A DNA stretch of 64,000 nucleotides from positions 37,830 to 101,829 of the forward strand of contig CANMVC010000003.1 in the NCBI GenBank assembly GCA_947501325.1, read 5' to 3'. Below are positions 8,697-17,367 of this stretch, one piece after another. The DNA comes from an uncultured Sphingomonadaceae bacterium. GTDB lineage: Bacteria > Pseudomonadota > Alphaproteobacteria > Sphingomonadales > Sphingomonadaceae. The position numbers were made by a program, and so were the translations under genes. Every line of letters starts with the position of its first letter. The first letter of the stretch is position 1. The notes under the pieces are model-generated. The model made no database searches. It was not told where the DNA came from and was given only the letters and a program-made list of their open reading frames with translations.

Positions 8697-10898
8697 CTAT
8701 TCCGCGATAGCAGCTTTTTGTCCATAGCTATACTGATATGCATAGCCGTAGCCATAACCGGAATGTTGCGGCCGAATCTTGGTAACGATTCCCCCAAATA
8801 TATGCCCATTCGAGCTTTTTATACGCTGTAACGCAGATTGAATGCCGCGAAGCTTAACGCCGCCGGCCTCAATCGTATATATTACGCCTTCTACTGAATC
8901 GGCGAGGAGAGGGATGTCCGCAAGGCCTAAAACCGGTGGCGCATCAACAATTACTGAATCATATCTGCTACTTAATTGCTCAATTAGTTCTCGCATTCTG
9001 TTACTACTGAGAAGTTCTGCAGCATTTGGCGGTATCGGGCCAGCAGACATGGAATCAAATCCAAAGGCATTGTCTTTATTTATCAACCGATCGAGATCGT
9101 TATCGCCCGCAAGGAAATTGCTGAGGCCAGAACGGTTTTCAATCTCCAGCATTTGGTGCAAAGACGGGTTGCGCATGTCACCATCGATCAGCAGTATGCG
9201 TTTTTTTGAACTAGCAAGAACCGCTGCAAGTGCGAACGCCGACGTACTTTTTCCTTCATTTGGACGCGTGCTCGTTAGGAGAAAAGACCGAGGCAAGCCG
9301 TGATCGGTAAGAAATGCAAGGCTTGTGCGTAACGAGAGATAAGCCTCCCAAGCCACCGATTTCTTGTCATTCAAGCTCAGCAAGATATCTTCTTTGTCGA
9401 AATCCGGAATAGAGCCCAATGGTGCAATGCCCAATTTTGATTTTAAATCGGCAGGATCCTTAACCGTTTGATCAATTTGCTCCATAATGAACACAAAAGC
9501 GGCTGCCAAGCCGATACCGGCAATAAACGCCAACGCAATATTCAATATGATTTTTGGGCTAGAGGGGGTCGTCGATGGCTCTGCTTTATCGACAACTGAA
9601 ATATTGTTCGCACCAACACCAGCGACGCCGATTTCTTTGTATCGCTGCAAAAGACCGTCGTACAGTTGCCTGTTGGTATCCACTTCGCGCTGGAAGATAT
9701 TGTACTGGATAGAATCGCGCCGTTCCCCACTGAACTGCCCCTTAAGCGTCGCCACCTGGGCCGCTAACTGCTTTTCCTTTTCTAGCGCCGCTTCATAGCG
9801 AGCTAATGTTCCAGTTCGGGAACGCAATTCTTCAGCTGCTATGCTCTTATCCAAGGCCATAATCTGCGAAGTCAATCCCTTCGCTGTTGGATATTCGGGT
9901 TCAAACTGCACCATAAGCCGAGCATACTCCGCTTGTATCTTGGCGCGCTCTTCGCGAAGACGGTTCAGCGCCCCGTTGTCCAATGCATTTTTGTTGCCAG
10001 AACGCAGCCTCGCTTCGCTCTCTGCTGAAATGCGATCGGCTGTAGCTTGTGCCAATGCAAGATTTAGTGCTTCCAGATTGGCGGATGCCAAGGTTTTTTG
10101 TGCTACCGTTTTGCCGCTGGCGGTCTGCTCTGAAGAAAGTGTAATAATCTCTTTATTGTCAGCATAAGCAGAAAGATTGCGTTCTGAGTCCTCGAGCCGC
10201 TGCTTAAGGTCAGCGAGTTGCTCTTCCAGAAACTTTCGAGCATCCGCCGTTGAATTAAAACGCCGGTCAAGGTTCGAAGCAATAAATTGTTCGACCCAGG
10301 CGTTTGTTACCTGAGCAGACAATACTCGGTTGGGGCTCTGGAAGCTAATTTCAACCAAGCTTGAACCACGAATAGGAGAAATGGAAACGTGATCTAGCAG
10401 GAGATCGGTTGCAATTCTAAGTCGCCTTTTGCGTTCGGCGGCTGTTTGAACAGTCGATGCATCCGACAAGATACTCGCGTTGCTTGGATTTTCACCGAAC
10501 ATTTCGAAAAATTCATCGTTCGACGCTAAATCCCGCGCTCTCACGACCCTTTCGGCTAAGGAGCGGGCTTCCAAAAGGGAGTATTGTGTCTGGTAGAATT
10601 CTAAATTTTGACCGGCGCTATCCGAACCAGTTACGCCTTCTACGTTGGTTACCTTGTCCTGTTCGCGATTAATCTCAACCGTAGACGTTGACGTATAGAA
10701 TGGTGTCATAAGTAGGGTTGTTATAATGCCCAGAGCTACGCAGACGGCCATAATAATGGCGATAGCCATGCGATGGCGTAAAACCGCCTGCCAATACTCA
10801 ACTAATATGGGCGTTTCATGAGCAAAATCTTCATAGGGATGAGGATCGGCAACGCGATTCACGGGTTCATTGTCGTCCAAATGGTGGTCTTGTGTCAT
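8697..10898 (-). CDS. wzc: Polysaccharide co-polymerase / BY tyrosine autokinase (Wzc/ExoP/GumC-type, PCP-2a)
   Basis: 733 aa. Has an N-terminal Wzz-like region with long coiled-coil periplasmic segments and a second TM. The C-terminal kinase carries Walker A TSTRPNEGKSTSAFALA, Walker A'/B (LLIDGDMRNP, VIVDAPP) and a Tyr-rich tail HSGYGYGYAYQYSYG. Confidence 0.9.
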   Translation of the reverse strand: MTQDHHLDDNEPVNRVADPHPYEDFAHETPILVEYWQAVLRHRMAIAIIMAVCVALGIITTLLMTPFYTSTSTVEINREQDKVTNVEGVTGSDSAGQNLEFYQTQYSLLEARSLAERVVRARDLASNDEFFEMFGENPSNASILSDASTVQTAAERKRRLRIATDLLLDHVSISPIRGSSLVEISFQSPNRVLSAQVTNAWVEQFIASNLDRRFNSTADARKFLEEQLADLKQRLEDSERNLSAYADNKEIITLSSEQTASGKTVAQKTLASANLEALNLALAQATADRISAESEARLRSGNKNALDNGALNRLREERAKIQAEYARLMVQFEPEYPTAKGLTSQIMALDKSIAAEELRSRTGTLARYEAALEKEKQLAAQVATLKGQFSGERRDSIQYNIFQREVDTNRQLYDGLLQRYKEIGVAGVGANNISVVDKAEPSTTPSSPKIILNIALAFIAGIGLAAAFVFIMEQIDQTVKDPADLKSKLGIAPLGSIPDFDKEDILLSLNDKKSVAWEAYLSLRTSLAFLTDHGLPRSFLLTSTRPNEGKSTSAFALAAVLASSKKRILLIDGDMRNPSLHQMLEIENRSGLSNFLAGDNDLDRLINKDNAFGFDSMSAGPIPPNAAELLSSNRMRELIEQLSSRYDSVIVDAPPVLGLADIPLLADSVEGVIYTIEAGGVKLRGIQSALQRIKSSNGHIFGGIVTKIRPQHSGYGYGYAYQYSYGQKAAIAE

Positions 10899-10900
10899 TA

Positions 10901-11608
10901 TTATCTAAACAATATGATTAGTGGGGTGGAAAGCAGAGGAGAAGCCTGTATCACATCTCTAAATATCCGGCGAGCTTGCGAATCTCCGACTACTATTACG
11001 TCATTTGCAAAAACTTCAGGATCAGCATAGCTGCCACGACGGATGGATTTCAGATTGTAAAGTCCAGCAAGCTGATCACCATTTACTGTACGAAAAATGA
11101 CAACATCATTGAGCTTAGCGTACTCTGTTGTGCCGCCGGCTGTTGCGACCGCCCGCATTAATGTCATTCTACCGATAACGGGGTAAAGGCCTGGCTTGTC
11201 TACCTGACCGTCGACTGTGATCACTTGGCTTACAGTTTCCTCAAGGTTTACGGTGACTTCAGGATTACGCACATAGCGGCCCTGCAGCCGCTGCTCCAGT
11301 TCTCCTGCGAGCTCACCTGGAGTAAGGCCCGCAGCTTCAACAACGCCGATCAATGGGAAAGAGAGCCTGCCGCTTGCGTCGATCTGAACTTCTTTGCTCA
11401 AATCTTCGATCCCGAATACATCAATTTTCAGTTTATCAAACGGACCAATCAAATAAGCGCGATTGGAGCTTAGCAAATCGACGCGCGTCGGTTCTGGCAA
11501 TCCTTCGCTTGAAACAACGGATACATCGGGGCTTCCTCCCAGGACAGCCGGACCCCCGCAAGCGGATAGAAACAGCATCGGCAGTAACATGTATAAAAAT
11601 TTCAACAT
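10901..11608 (-). CDS. wza: Outer-membrane polysaccharide export lipoprotein (Wza/ExoF/GumB-type OPX)
   Basis: 235 aa. Lipobox LFLSAC-GG. YLIGPFDKLKIDVFG (Poly_export motif) followed by an SLBB-like VTVDGQVDKPGLYPV. Confidence 0.85.
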   Translation of the reverse strand: MLKFLYMLLPMLFLSACGGPAVLGGSPDVSVVSSEGLPEPTRVDLLSSNRAYLIGPFDKLKIDVFGIEDLSKEVQIDASGRLSFPLIGVVEAAGLTPGELAGELEQRLQGRYVRNPEVTVNLEETVSQVITVDGQVDKPGLYPVIGRMTLMRAVATAGGTTEYAKLNDVVIFRTVNGDQLAGLYNLKSIRRGSYADPEVFANDVIVVGDSQARRIFRDVIQASPLLSTPLIILFR

Positions 11609-11714
11609 TATCGATAAAAATTCCGTTTAATATGGCTCGCGTTAGACGATCAGGTTCTGCAGGTAAACTGTTGATAGATGAATGCCAGAATTATTCACTA
11701 TTCTCCGGTACGCT

Positions 11715-13181
11715 TTAAGAGTCCTGCATTGCATTTCGCTTAACGCTGCGCACGCTATCGCCTAAAATACATGCAAAAATCAAAAAAACCGTGATTATTG
11801 ATGGGACGCGTAGAGGATAGTCTCCGATGCTTCCAGCTAGGAAAAAAAGCATGACTATAGCGGCCATCAACCCAGTGTATTTCGTATATCGAGACAAACG
11901 CCAATATCTGGCCAAATTGGCCAACTGTGCGATAAACCAAATCGCTGCAACTAAACCGATTGATACAGCGGGTGCTCCGCCTTCGATTGAGAATTGTAAC
12001 CAGTCATTATGGGCTTGATTCAGATAAGTAGGGTTCAATAATTCCTTTGGCTCGTAAATTTTGTAAACGTGTTCAAATGTCCCGAACCCGCTTCCCCAAG
12101 GGAAATAATCATGAAGCATTGTTTGCAGGATTGGCAAAAGCTGTAAGCGCAGTTCGCCAATCACATTTCCACCAAAAAGCCGATCAAAAGCAAATGAACG
12201 CGAAAAATATACAGACAAAGCTCCGGTCGTGACGACTGTTGCTATGCTCCCTAGTAATACCAAATTGCGAGAGGAAATAAATTGTGCCTTTCGTTTTGCG
12301 TTCGCTACTTTGTTACGTCGGATTTCGTCGCTATAACGCCCAAAGTAGATAAATAGCATCGCTGCAAGCAGACCCGGAGCCATTAGCAAAAGCCCTGCCC
12401 GCGATCCGGTTACGAAAATGAGCGGCACAATAACAAAAATCGTCGCTATGCCGCCATAAAATTTCAACGTTGCCAACTTTTCCGTTGGCCGGAGGAAAGC
12501 CACATACCAACCAATCATAACAATCGTCGAAGCCAGAATAATCGCTTGATGATTCCGGTTTGCAAACAGACCAACGCCACCACCGAAATTGGTAATCCTG
12601 TACAAATAGAGCGGTCCTCGCGATGAACCGGCTAACTGAAACACTGCCAATAGCGCACTTATCAGACAGAGTCCCATGACTACAATTATTGCCTCTTTCC
12701 TGCGCGCTTCACTCAGGTTGAGGTAAAGCAGCATTGCAGCCAACGGCACTGAGAGCGAAAATAGGCTGTTTAAGGTTCGCGAAGGTGAAAGAGTTAGCGG
12801 CCGCCAAGGTTGTTCAATACCGGCAGTATTCGCGATAGTTGCAAACATCTCGCGGCTTGGAAGCTCGACCCATATTGATGGAGGGAGGGGGATGAGTTGC
12901 AATAGCATCAGAAGCAGTATTGCAAACACAATGTAGACCGAGAAAGTGCGGCCTTTCAAATGTTCGGGGCGCATGCACGTCAGAGCGTAGGCACAGAACA
13001 ACACGGCCAGCGGACGCAAAATCACCAATGACTGGACGTCATCGCGCGAGCCGCCACCTGTAAAAAAAACCAAAGTCAGAAATGCAACAAAAGCGTAGAA
13101 GCACAAACTTGGGTGATCTATTCTTTTTAAAATCTGATTTAACCGGTTACGTCGCGTGTCTATCATTCTAGAATCAACCAC
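11715..13181 (-). CDS. O-antigen ligase / Wzy_C-family polytopic membrane protein (ExoQ-like)
   Basis: 488 aa with at least 10 hydrophobic segments. FANRNHQAIILAS and later AHNDWLQFSIEGG are typical of the Wzy_C/O-antigen ligase domain. It is the first gene of the minus-strand operon. The start is GTG 13181 or ATG 13166. Confidence 0.75.
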   Translation of the reverse strand: MVDSRMIDTRRNRLNQILKRIDHPSLCFYAFVAFLTLVFFTGGGSRDDVQSLVILRPLAVLFCAYALTCMRPEHLKGRTFSVYIVFAILLLMLLQLIPLPPSIWVELPSREMFATIANTAGIEQPWRPLTLSPSRTLNSLFSLSVPLAAMLLYLNLSEARRKEAIIVVMGLCLISALLAVFQLAGSSRGPLYLYRITNFGGGVGLFANRNHQAIILASTIVMIGWYVAFLRPTEKLATLKFYGGIATIFVIVPLIFVTGSRAGLLLMAPGLLAAMLFIYFGRYSDEIRRNKVANAKRKAQFISSRNLVLLGSIATVVTTGALSVYFSRSFAFDRLFGGNVIGELRLQLLPILQTMLHDYFPWGSGFGTFEHVYKIYEPKELLNPTYLNQAHNDWLQFSIEGGAPAVSIGLVAAIWFIAQLANLARYWRLSRYTKYTGLMAAIVMLFFLAGSIGDYPLRVPSIITVFLIFACILGDSVRSVKRNAMQDS

Positions 13182-13778
13182 TGCCTAAATACTCGGATAT
13201 CTATTCATTTCGTGCGAAGCTCTATCCCGCTAGCGATGGCACTGGGTTTTTGCAAGCGTGTTGCAGAAGACAGCTGGGTTACTTACGCAGTCTGTTTTTT
13301 GTTCCCAGCCAGCACTTGAAATACCAAAATGGGATTATTGATTCAAGCTTTTGGATTGATATCAGTGACCAACGAACAAAATATATGGACCTCCCCAGCG
13401 CCGGACTTTTTTGATGTGTCGGCGGTATTGAGCACATGGATCTGTCGGGCCTCCAATTGAAGCTTCTTGAGCTTCTGGTGTTGATCGGATTCTCTTACCT
13501 TAATGCCTTGTAGGTTGAGCGGGTCATGCGGTCATCGTTCGTTGAAAGCTTTGAAACGGCAGCCCTTGCCGTTACACCATCGCACTCTCACCGTGCATTT
13601 CTCGCCATCTGAGCAGCAATTTGCGTGATTTCATTATATCTACCAGAAGGACCCAGTGCTCCTCGAATTTCCAAAACCATCAGTCTCAATTGGAAGCTTG
13701 ATAGGGCCGCCAATGCTAGCTATTTGAAAAATATAATGGCAACGTAGGTACGTATATGCGTTTTTCTATTGTAGTGAA

Positions 13779-15638
13779 TTGAGCGAGGATGAACAATTGT
13801 CTTTTTATCAAGATGGCTTGACTCGACGTGGCTTGATGGGCGGACTAACTGTTGCTTTCCAGCTATTTTTATCAAAATCAGGATTAGCAACGACAAGTCC
13901 CGGTTTTGACAAAAACAGGCACTCAAATATCAAAGAACTCTCAAAAGCTGCTAGAGGCGATCTGGTGACCATTCTGTCGGATCCCTTGCGGGGAGGATTG
14001 TTCAGTTTCGATCCGTCCAACCGACGAGAGGATGTCGCCGCCGATCCGCGCAGGGCGATGTTTGTAGCTCCTGAAGGAGAAGACGGAACTAACGGTGCCT
14101 TCTATCGCCAGCACGATCTGATCATTCACGTTAAATGGTTTGGTGTTACCGGCGACGGCGTGACCGATGATTCCCTGCCTTTTCAAGACGCGATCAATTA
14201 TGTTGCTCACCAAGGTGGCGGTGTATTGGTTTACGAAGGCACACCTTTAATCGGTGATCTGGTGGTTCAAACAGATTTTATCGATATCGTCGGCGCAACA
14301 AGAAGCTCATATCTCTTGGTTAAGGACGGCACTACCGGCATTACGTTTGATGCCAAATGGATAGGTCTACAAAAAACCCGGTTTGTTTCACAGGGCACCG
14401 AGAATGATGGGAATGGCACAAGTGCTGTGAAATTTTCTCGTGGAGCCAATTCCTCCAGCCATATCAATATTCAAGACATATATATTGACGGGTTTTCGGG
14501 CGTTGGGATTTCAGTCACGAATTCTGTTCATTTTTCCGGAAATTTCGCAACAATTCGAAACTGCGGTCGGGGAGTGGCACACTTCCCCGCGGGTGATACC
14601 AAGGCAGCTTTTGGAACAACCTTCAATCTAACAAACTTCTATTTCTCATCTTGCGCGACCGGCCTTTATGCTGAAGATTTGAAAGATGCTTTTCTTCTGG
14701 GCTGCACCGAGGAATTCTGCGATATTGGTATTGAAGCGGTACGGTCATCTATCACCGACTTTCATGGCTATCGTGAAGCCAATAAAATTAAAGGCATTCG
14801 GTCTATCGATAGTCAACTGAGGGTCCTCTTTCCGCGCGTAAAGCCAGGTCAAGGAAGCTCCCAATCTCAAAATGAACAGGAAACTATTTGGACCCTGGGC
14901 GTCCTTGATGCTTCGAGGCGCGGCTATACCAGCCTGAAAGACAATATTTATACTGGCAAGGGTTTCGAGCTTTTGTCTCGATTCGGTGTTGATCCCCAAG
15001 TTATTAAAGCAATTGGCGATACTGATAATGTTGGTGTGTCCTACGGTGACACAGCAATAGCAATGATACGCGGCGAAAACCTGCTGAAACCAGAAGACTG
15101 GGTTTCGAATAGGACCAGTGAATTCAAGGGCTGGGATGTTTCTGCCGCCGGTTACAGGATCGACAGCGAAACATTGACCGGTGCATGCGGGTTAAAACAA
15201 AAAGTAAAGTTGTTGGCAGGAAAACAGTATATTATCGACTTCCATGCATCTCTTTTTCGCGGCCGGGCTATTAGTCAAATAAAAATCGGAAAATATTTTG
15301 CGAAGCCTGGGAAACTGTTTACGGTTCCTACCGATGGAAACTATATGGTTAAGGCTTTTGGCATCCAGCCAGCAGGCGGCTTCAATAGCATAATCCATGT
15401 TGTTAAAATGTATCAAGTCGAAGCGAAAAAGGAGCATGTTTCTGATGCTGCCGATATACTTTCGCGCAACAAAGATGGTCGTGGAAAGATTTTTATGTCC
15501 AAACCCCCAACATCCGGCAGCTGGGCAGTTGGCGAAACTGTGATCAATAATTTAGCAACGACGGATCAATGGGACAAATGGAGATGCGTGGTTGCTGGTT
15601 CACCAGGAATATGGAAAGGCTACGGTGCGAGAGAATAA
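13779..15638 (+). CDS. Tat-signal right-handed beta-helix glycoside hydrolase/lyase (pectate-lyase-superfamily, tailspike-like)
   Basis: 619 aa with a TTG start. Twin-arginine motif TRRGLMGGL. VKWFGVTGDGVTDDSLPFQDAINYV is the Pectate_lyase_3-type N-terminal signature. The C-terminal GSWAVGETVINN...WDKWRCVVAGSPGIWKGYG resembles the conserved tail of such beta-helix proteins. Transcribed divergently from the glycan operon. Confidence 0.75.
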   Translation: MSEDEQLSFYQDGLTRRGLMGGLTVAFQLFLSKSGLATTSPGFDKNRHSNIKELSKAARGDLVTILSDPLRGGLFSFDPSNRREDVAADPRRAMFVAPEGEDGTNGAFYRQHDLIIHVKWFGVTGDGVTDDSLPFQDAINYVAHQGGGVLVYEGTPLIGDLVVQTDFIDIVGATRSSYLLVKDGTTGITFDAKWIGLQKTRFVSQGTENDGNGTSAVKFSRGANSSSHINIQDIYIDGFSGVGISVTNSVHFSGNFATIRNCGRGVAHFPAGDTKAAFGTTFNLTNFYFSSCATGLYAEDLKDAFLLGCTEEFCDIGIEAVRSSITDFHGYREANKIKGIRSIDSQLRVLFPRVKPGQGSSQSQNEQETIWTLGVLDASRRGYTSLKDNIYTGKGFELLSRFGVDPQVIKAIGDTDNVGVSYGDTAIAMIRGENLLKPEDWVSNRTSEFKGWDVSAAGYRIDSETLTGACGLKQKVKLLAGKQYIIDFHASLFRGRAISQIKIGKYFAKPGKLFTVPTDGNYMVKAFGIQPAGGFNSIIHVVKMYQVEAKKEHVSDAADILSRNKDGRGKIFMSKPPTSGSWAVGETVINNLATTDQWDKWRCVVAGSPGIWKGYGARE

Positions 15639-15731
15639 TAAGTTCGAATTATCTTAAGACGTACATACGGAACTATCATTTCAAATTTCGGCAAGCATAA
15701 GAAATATTGTTAACATGCTGATCGGGAATTC

Positions 15732-16023
15732 CTACAAACGTTGATGATCGATTGTGCGAGGCAGCTTACGCAAGATCTGGAGATTCGCCTCACGAAATGG
15801 CAAATTGATTTTAAGATTGCCGAAATCCACAAGGTCATCGAGGCTTTTCTTGCTCAACAAGTGACACTTGGAGCACATGTTGGGGAGAATCCCCAATTTT
15901 GAAATGGGCAGTGGAACCCCGAATAGAAGAGCCTGATTCACCAAGAAGTGCCAAAATACTGAAACAAGCAGAGGCGTGGATTAGCAGCAAGCGACGTATG
16001 TTTTTTTGTCTACCCGACAGCAT
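15732..16023 (-). pseudogene. Two short frame-shifted ORF fragments, unresolved remnant downstream of the TraD-like fragment
   Basis: ORFs 15835..16023 and 15732..15944 overlap in different frames. There is no intact gene. The first starts MLSGRQKNIRRLLLIHASACFSILALLG, a hydrophobic N-terminus. By traD-traG synteny it could be a coupling-protein N-terminal remnant, but this is a guess. Confidence 0.2.
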
Positions 16024-16130
16024 CGCGAACGTCTGCTTTGAATGGAGTTAATGCGGGGTTGAAAGTCCCACATGGTGCGCAAACCGAAGGGCTGTTATCT
16101 TTATCCCAACGGACCAGTCCGTCCAGATGG

Positions 16131-16892
16131 TTATAGGTTATCACACACTCTCTCAAACGCCCGTTTTCCTTTTCGTCGCCAAAGTAATCGCACTTTATCC
16201 CCGCGCTTGCTTTGCAGCAACTCGGCCATGCGCAGGAACGCCCCGAACATCATCGCCCGATCATCATCGGTGAGTTCCACCAGTCCAGCCTTCTGCACGA
16301 GTCCGCCCAGTTCGATCAGACGCCGCGTTCGTTCCCTACGCCGCATCACCCAGTCTCTCTTGTCGGTGCGGCGCTGACGGGCTTCAATTCGGTGCACCAT
16401 CGCCTGTGTCCGCGTGATTATCGGGACCAGTACATCCCGTATGACCGGTCCTTCAATATCATTGACTAGCCGATCGCCGATTTTGGGAAAGACATGCTTT
16501 TCCAGCGTCGTTATCCATTGCTTTTGGTGCTTGCCACTCTTCCACGCCAAACGGTATTCCGCATGAACGTGTTTCGCAGCGTCCCTAAAGGTCGGTATGA
16601 CCAGCGTTGCTTTTTTACGTTCTGCAATAGGATCAAGACCGTTTTGAATATCTTTTCGAATCAGATAGGCTGCTTCACGGGCTTCGGCCAATGACATAAG
16701 ACTGAGTGAGCCAAGACCAATATCACGACGCCGTCCGTTAATCTGACAGCGAATAATCCAATATCCTTTACCAGAATCGCCAATTCTCAAATACAGCCCA
16801 TCACCATCTCCATATTTTCCGGGTTCTTTGAGCTTACGAATTTTGGTTGTCGTCAACTTTCCCATTTCATCATCTTTCCATATTTGTCCCAC
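16131..16892 (-). pseudogene. Chimeric ORF: N-terminal arm/core-binding part of a P4-type tyrosine integrase fused to a TraD-like conjugal-transfer fragment; catalytic domain absent
   Basis: Residues about 10-160 (LTTTKIRKLKEPGKYGDGDGLYLRI...GRRRDIGLGS...SLAEAREAA...) match the DUF4102 arm-binding plus SAM-like region of tRNA-associated integrases. Residues about 175-253 (RRRERTRRLIELGGLVQKAGLVELTDDDRAMMFGAFL) match the small TraD of rhizobial conjugation systems. No R-H-R-Y catalytic domain is present. Composition turns visibly GC-richer at about 16400. Confidence 0.7.
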
Positions 16893-17019
16893 AATTTACC
16901 CCACACTTATTGTGGGCTTCTGTGGAACATTATAAGAACGCGTGAAAATCGCACAAGCCAGAAAACTAAGCAAATTCATTGCTTTAGAGACAATATGAGA
17001 CTTTCTGGGATAATATGAA

Positions 17020-17109
17020 TGGAGGACACGGAGGGATTCGAACCCTCGAAGCCCGTAAAGGCTTGTCTCCTTAGCAAGGAGGTGGTTTCAGCCGCTCACC
17101 CACGTGTCC
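17020..17109 (-). tRNA. tRNA-Ser (anticodon GCU)
   Basis: Hand-folded. Acceptor GGACACG/CGTGTCC, U8 G9, 3-bp D stem GGT/ACC, anticodon stem CCTCC/GGAGA with loop TTGCTAA, long variable arm CAAGCCTTTACGGGCTTC, T arm GAGGG-TTCGAAT-CCCTC, and an encoded CCA. The discriminator is U, which is unusual for Ser. Confidence 0.85.
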
Positions 17110-17367
17110 TCGTGTTTGGCTCGCCAATTTCCAGCGCTATAACGTTTCATTGTGGCGGTTGCAACGGGTAAAGTGGCTGCCTTCGCCTCGATTCAGCATT
17201 TACCGGTAAAACAGCCGCGCAACGGATAAGCTAGCCTTCGATTCTCGCCGCAATCCGGCAAATATACTCCATAGGTCGCAAATACGACTCAGGTCGTCGT
17301 CCGTTCATTGCCTAGTCATCGCGAAACGCCATGGTTGGCAATGGCTGGTATGGGAAGGAGTTTACCC

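Larger units (their letters stand above)
1..17019. mobile_element. Right-hand part of an AT-richer genomic island (surface-polysaccharide cargo) next to the 3' end of tRNA-Ser(GCU); degraded, apparently immobile
   Basis: The composition contrasts with the sequence right of about 17.3 kb (by eye). An integrase remnant sits immediately next to the tRNA 3' end, and a TraD-like fragment is present. The left boundary is outside the window. Confidence 0.5.

Noticed and set aside
16040-16100. GTGCGCAAACCGAAGGGC (group II intron 5'-end-like) and GCGGGGTTGAAAGTCCC (tRNA T-arm-like) strings on the plus strand.
   Set aside because: There is no reverse-transcriptase ORF, no domain V/VI-like structure downstream and no foldable cloverleaf. 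These are most likely chance resemblances inside mobile-element debris.
16893-17019. Inverted repeat CCCACAAT-13 nt-ATTGTGGG between the integrase remnant and the tRNA, considered as an att/arm-type site.
   Set aside because: It is a single 8-bp stem and the recombinase is inactive. I found no second copy in the window that would define repeats.
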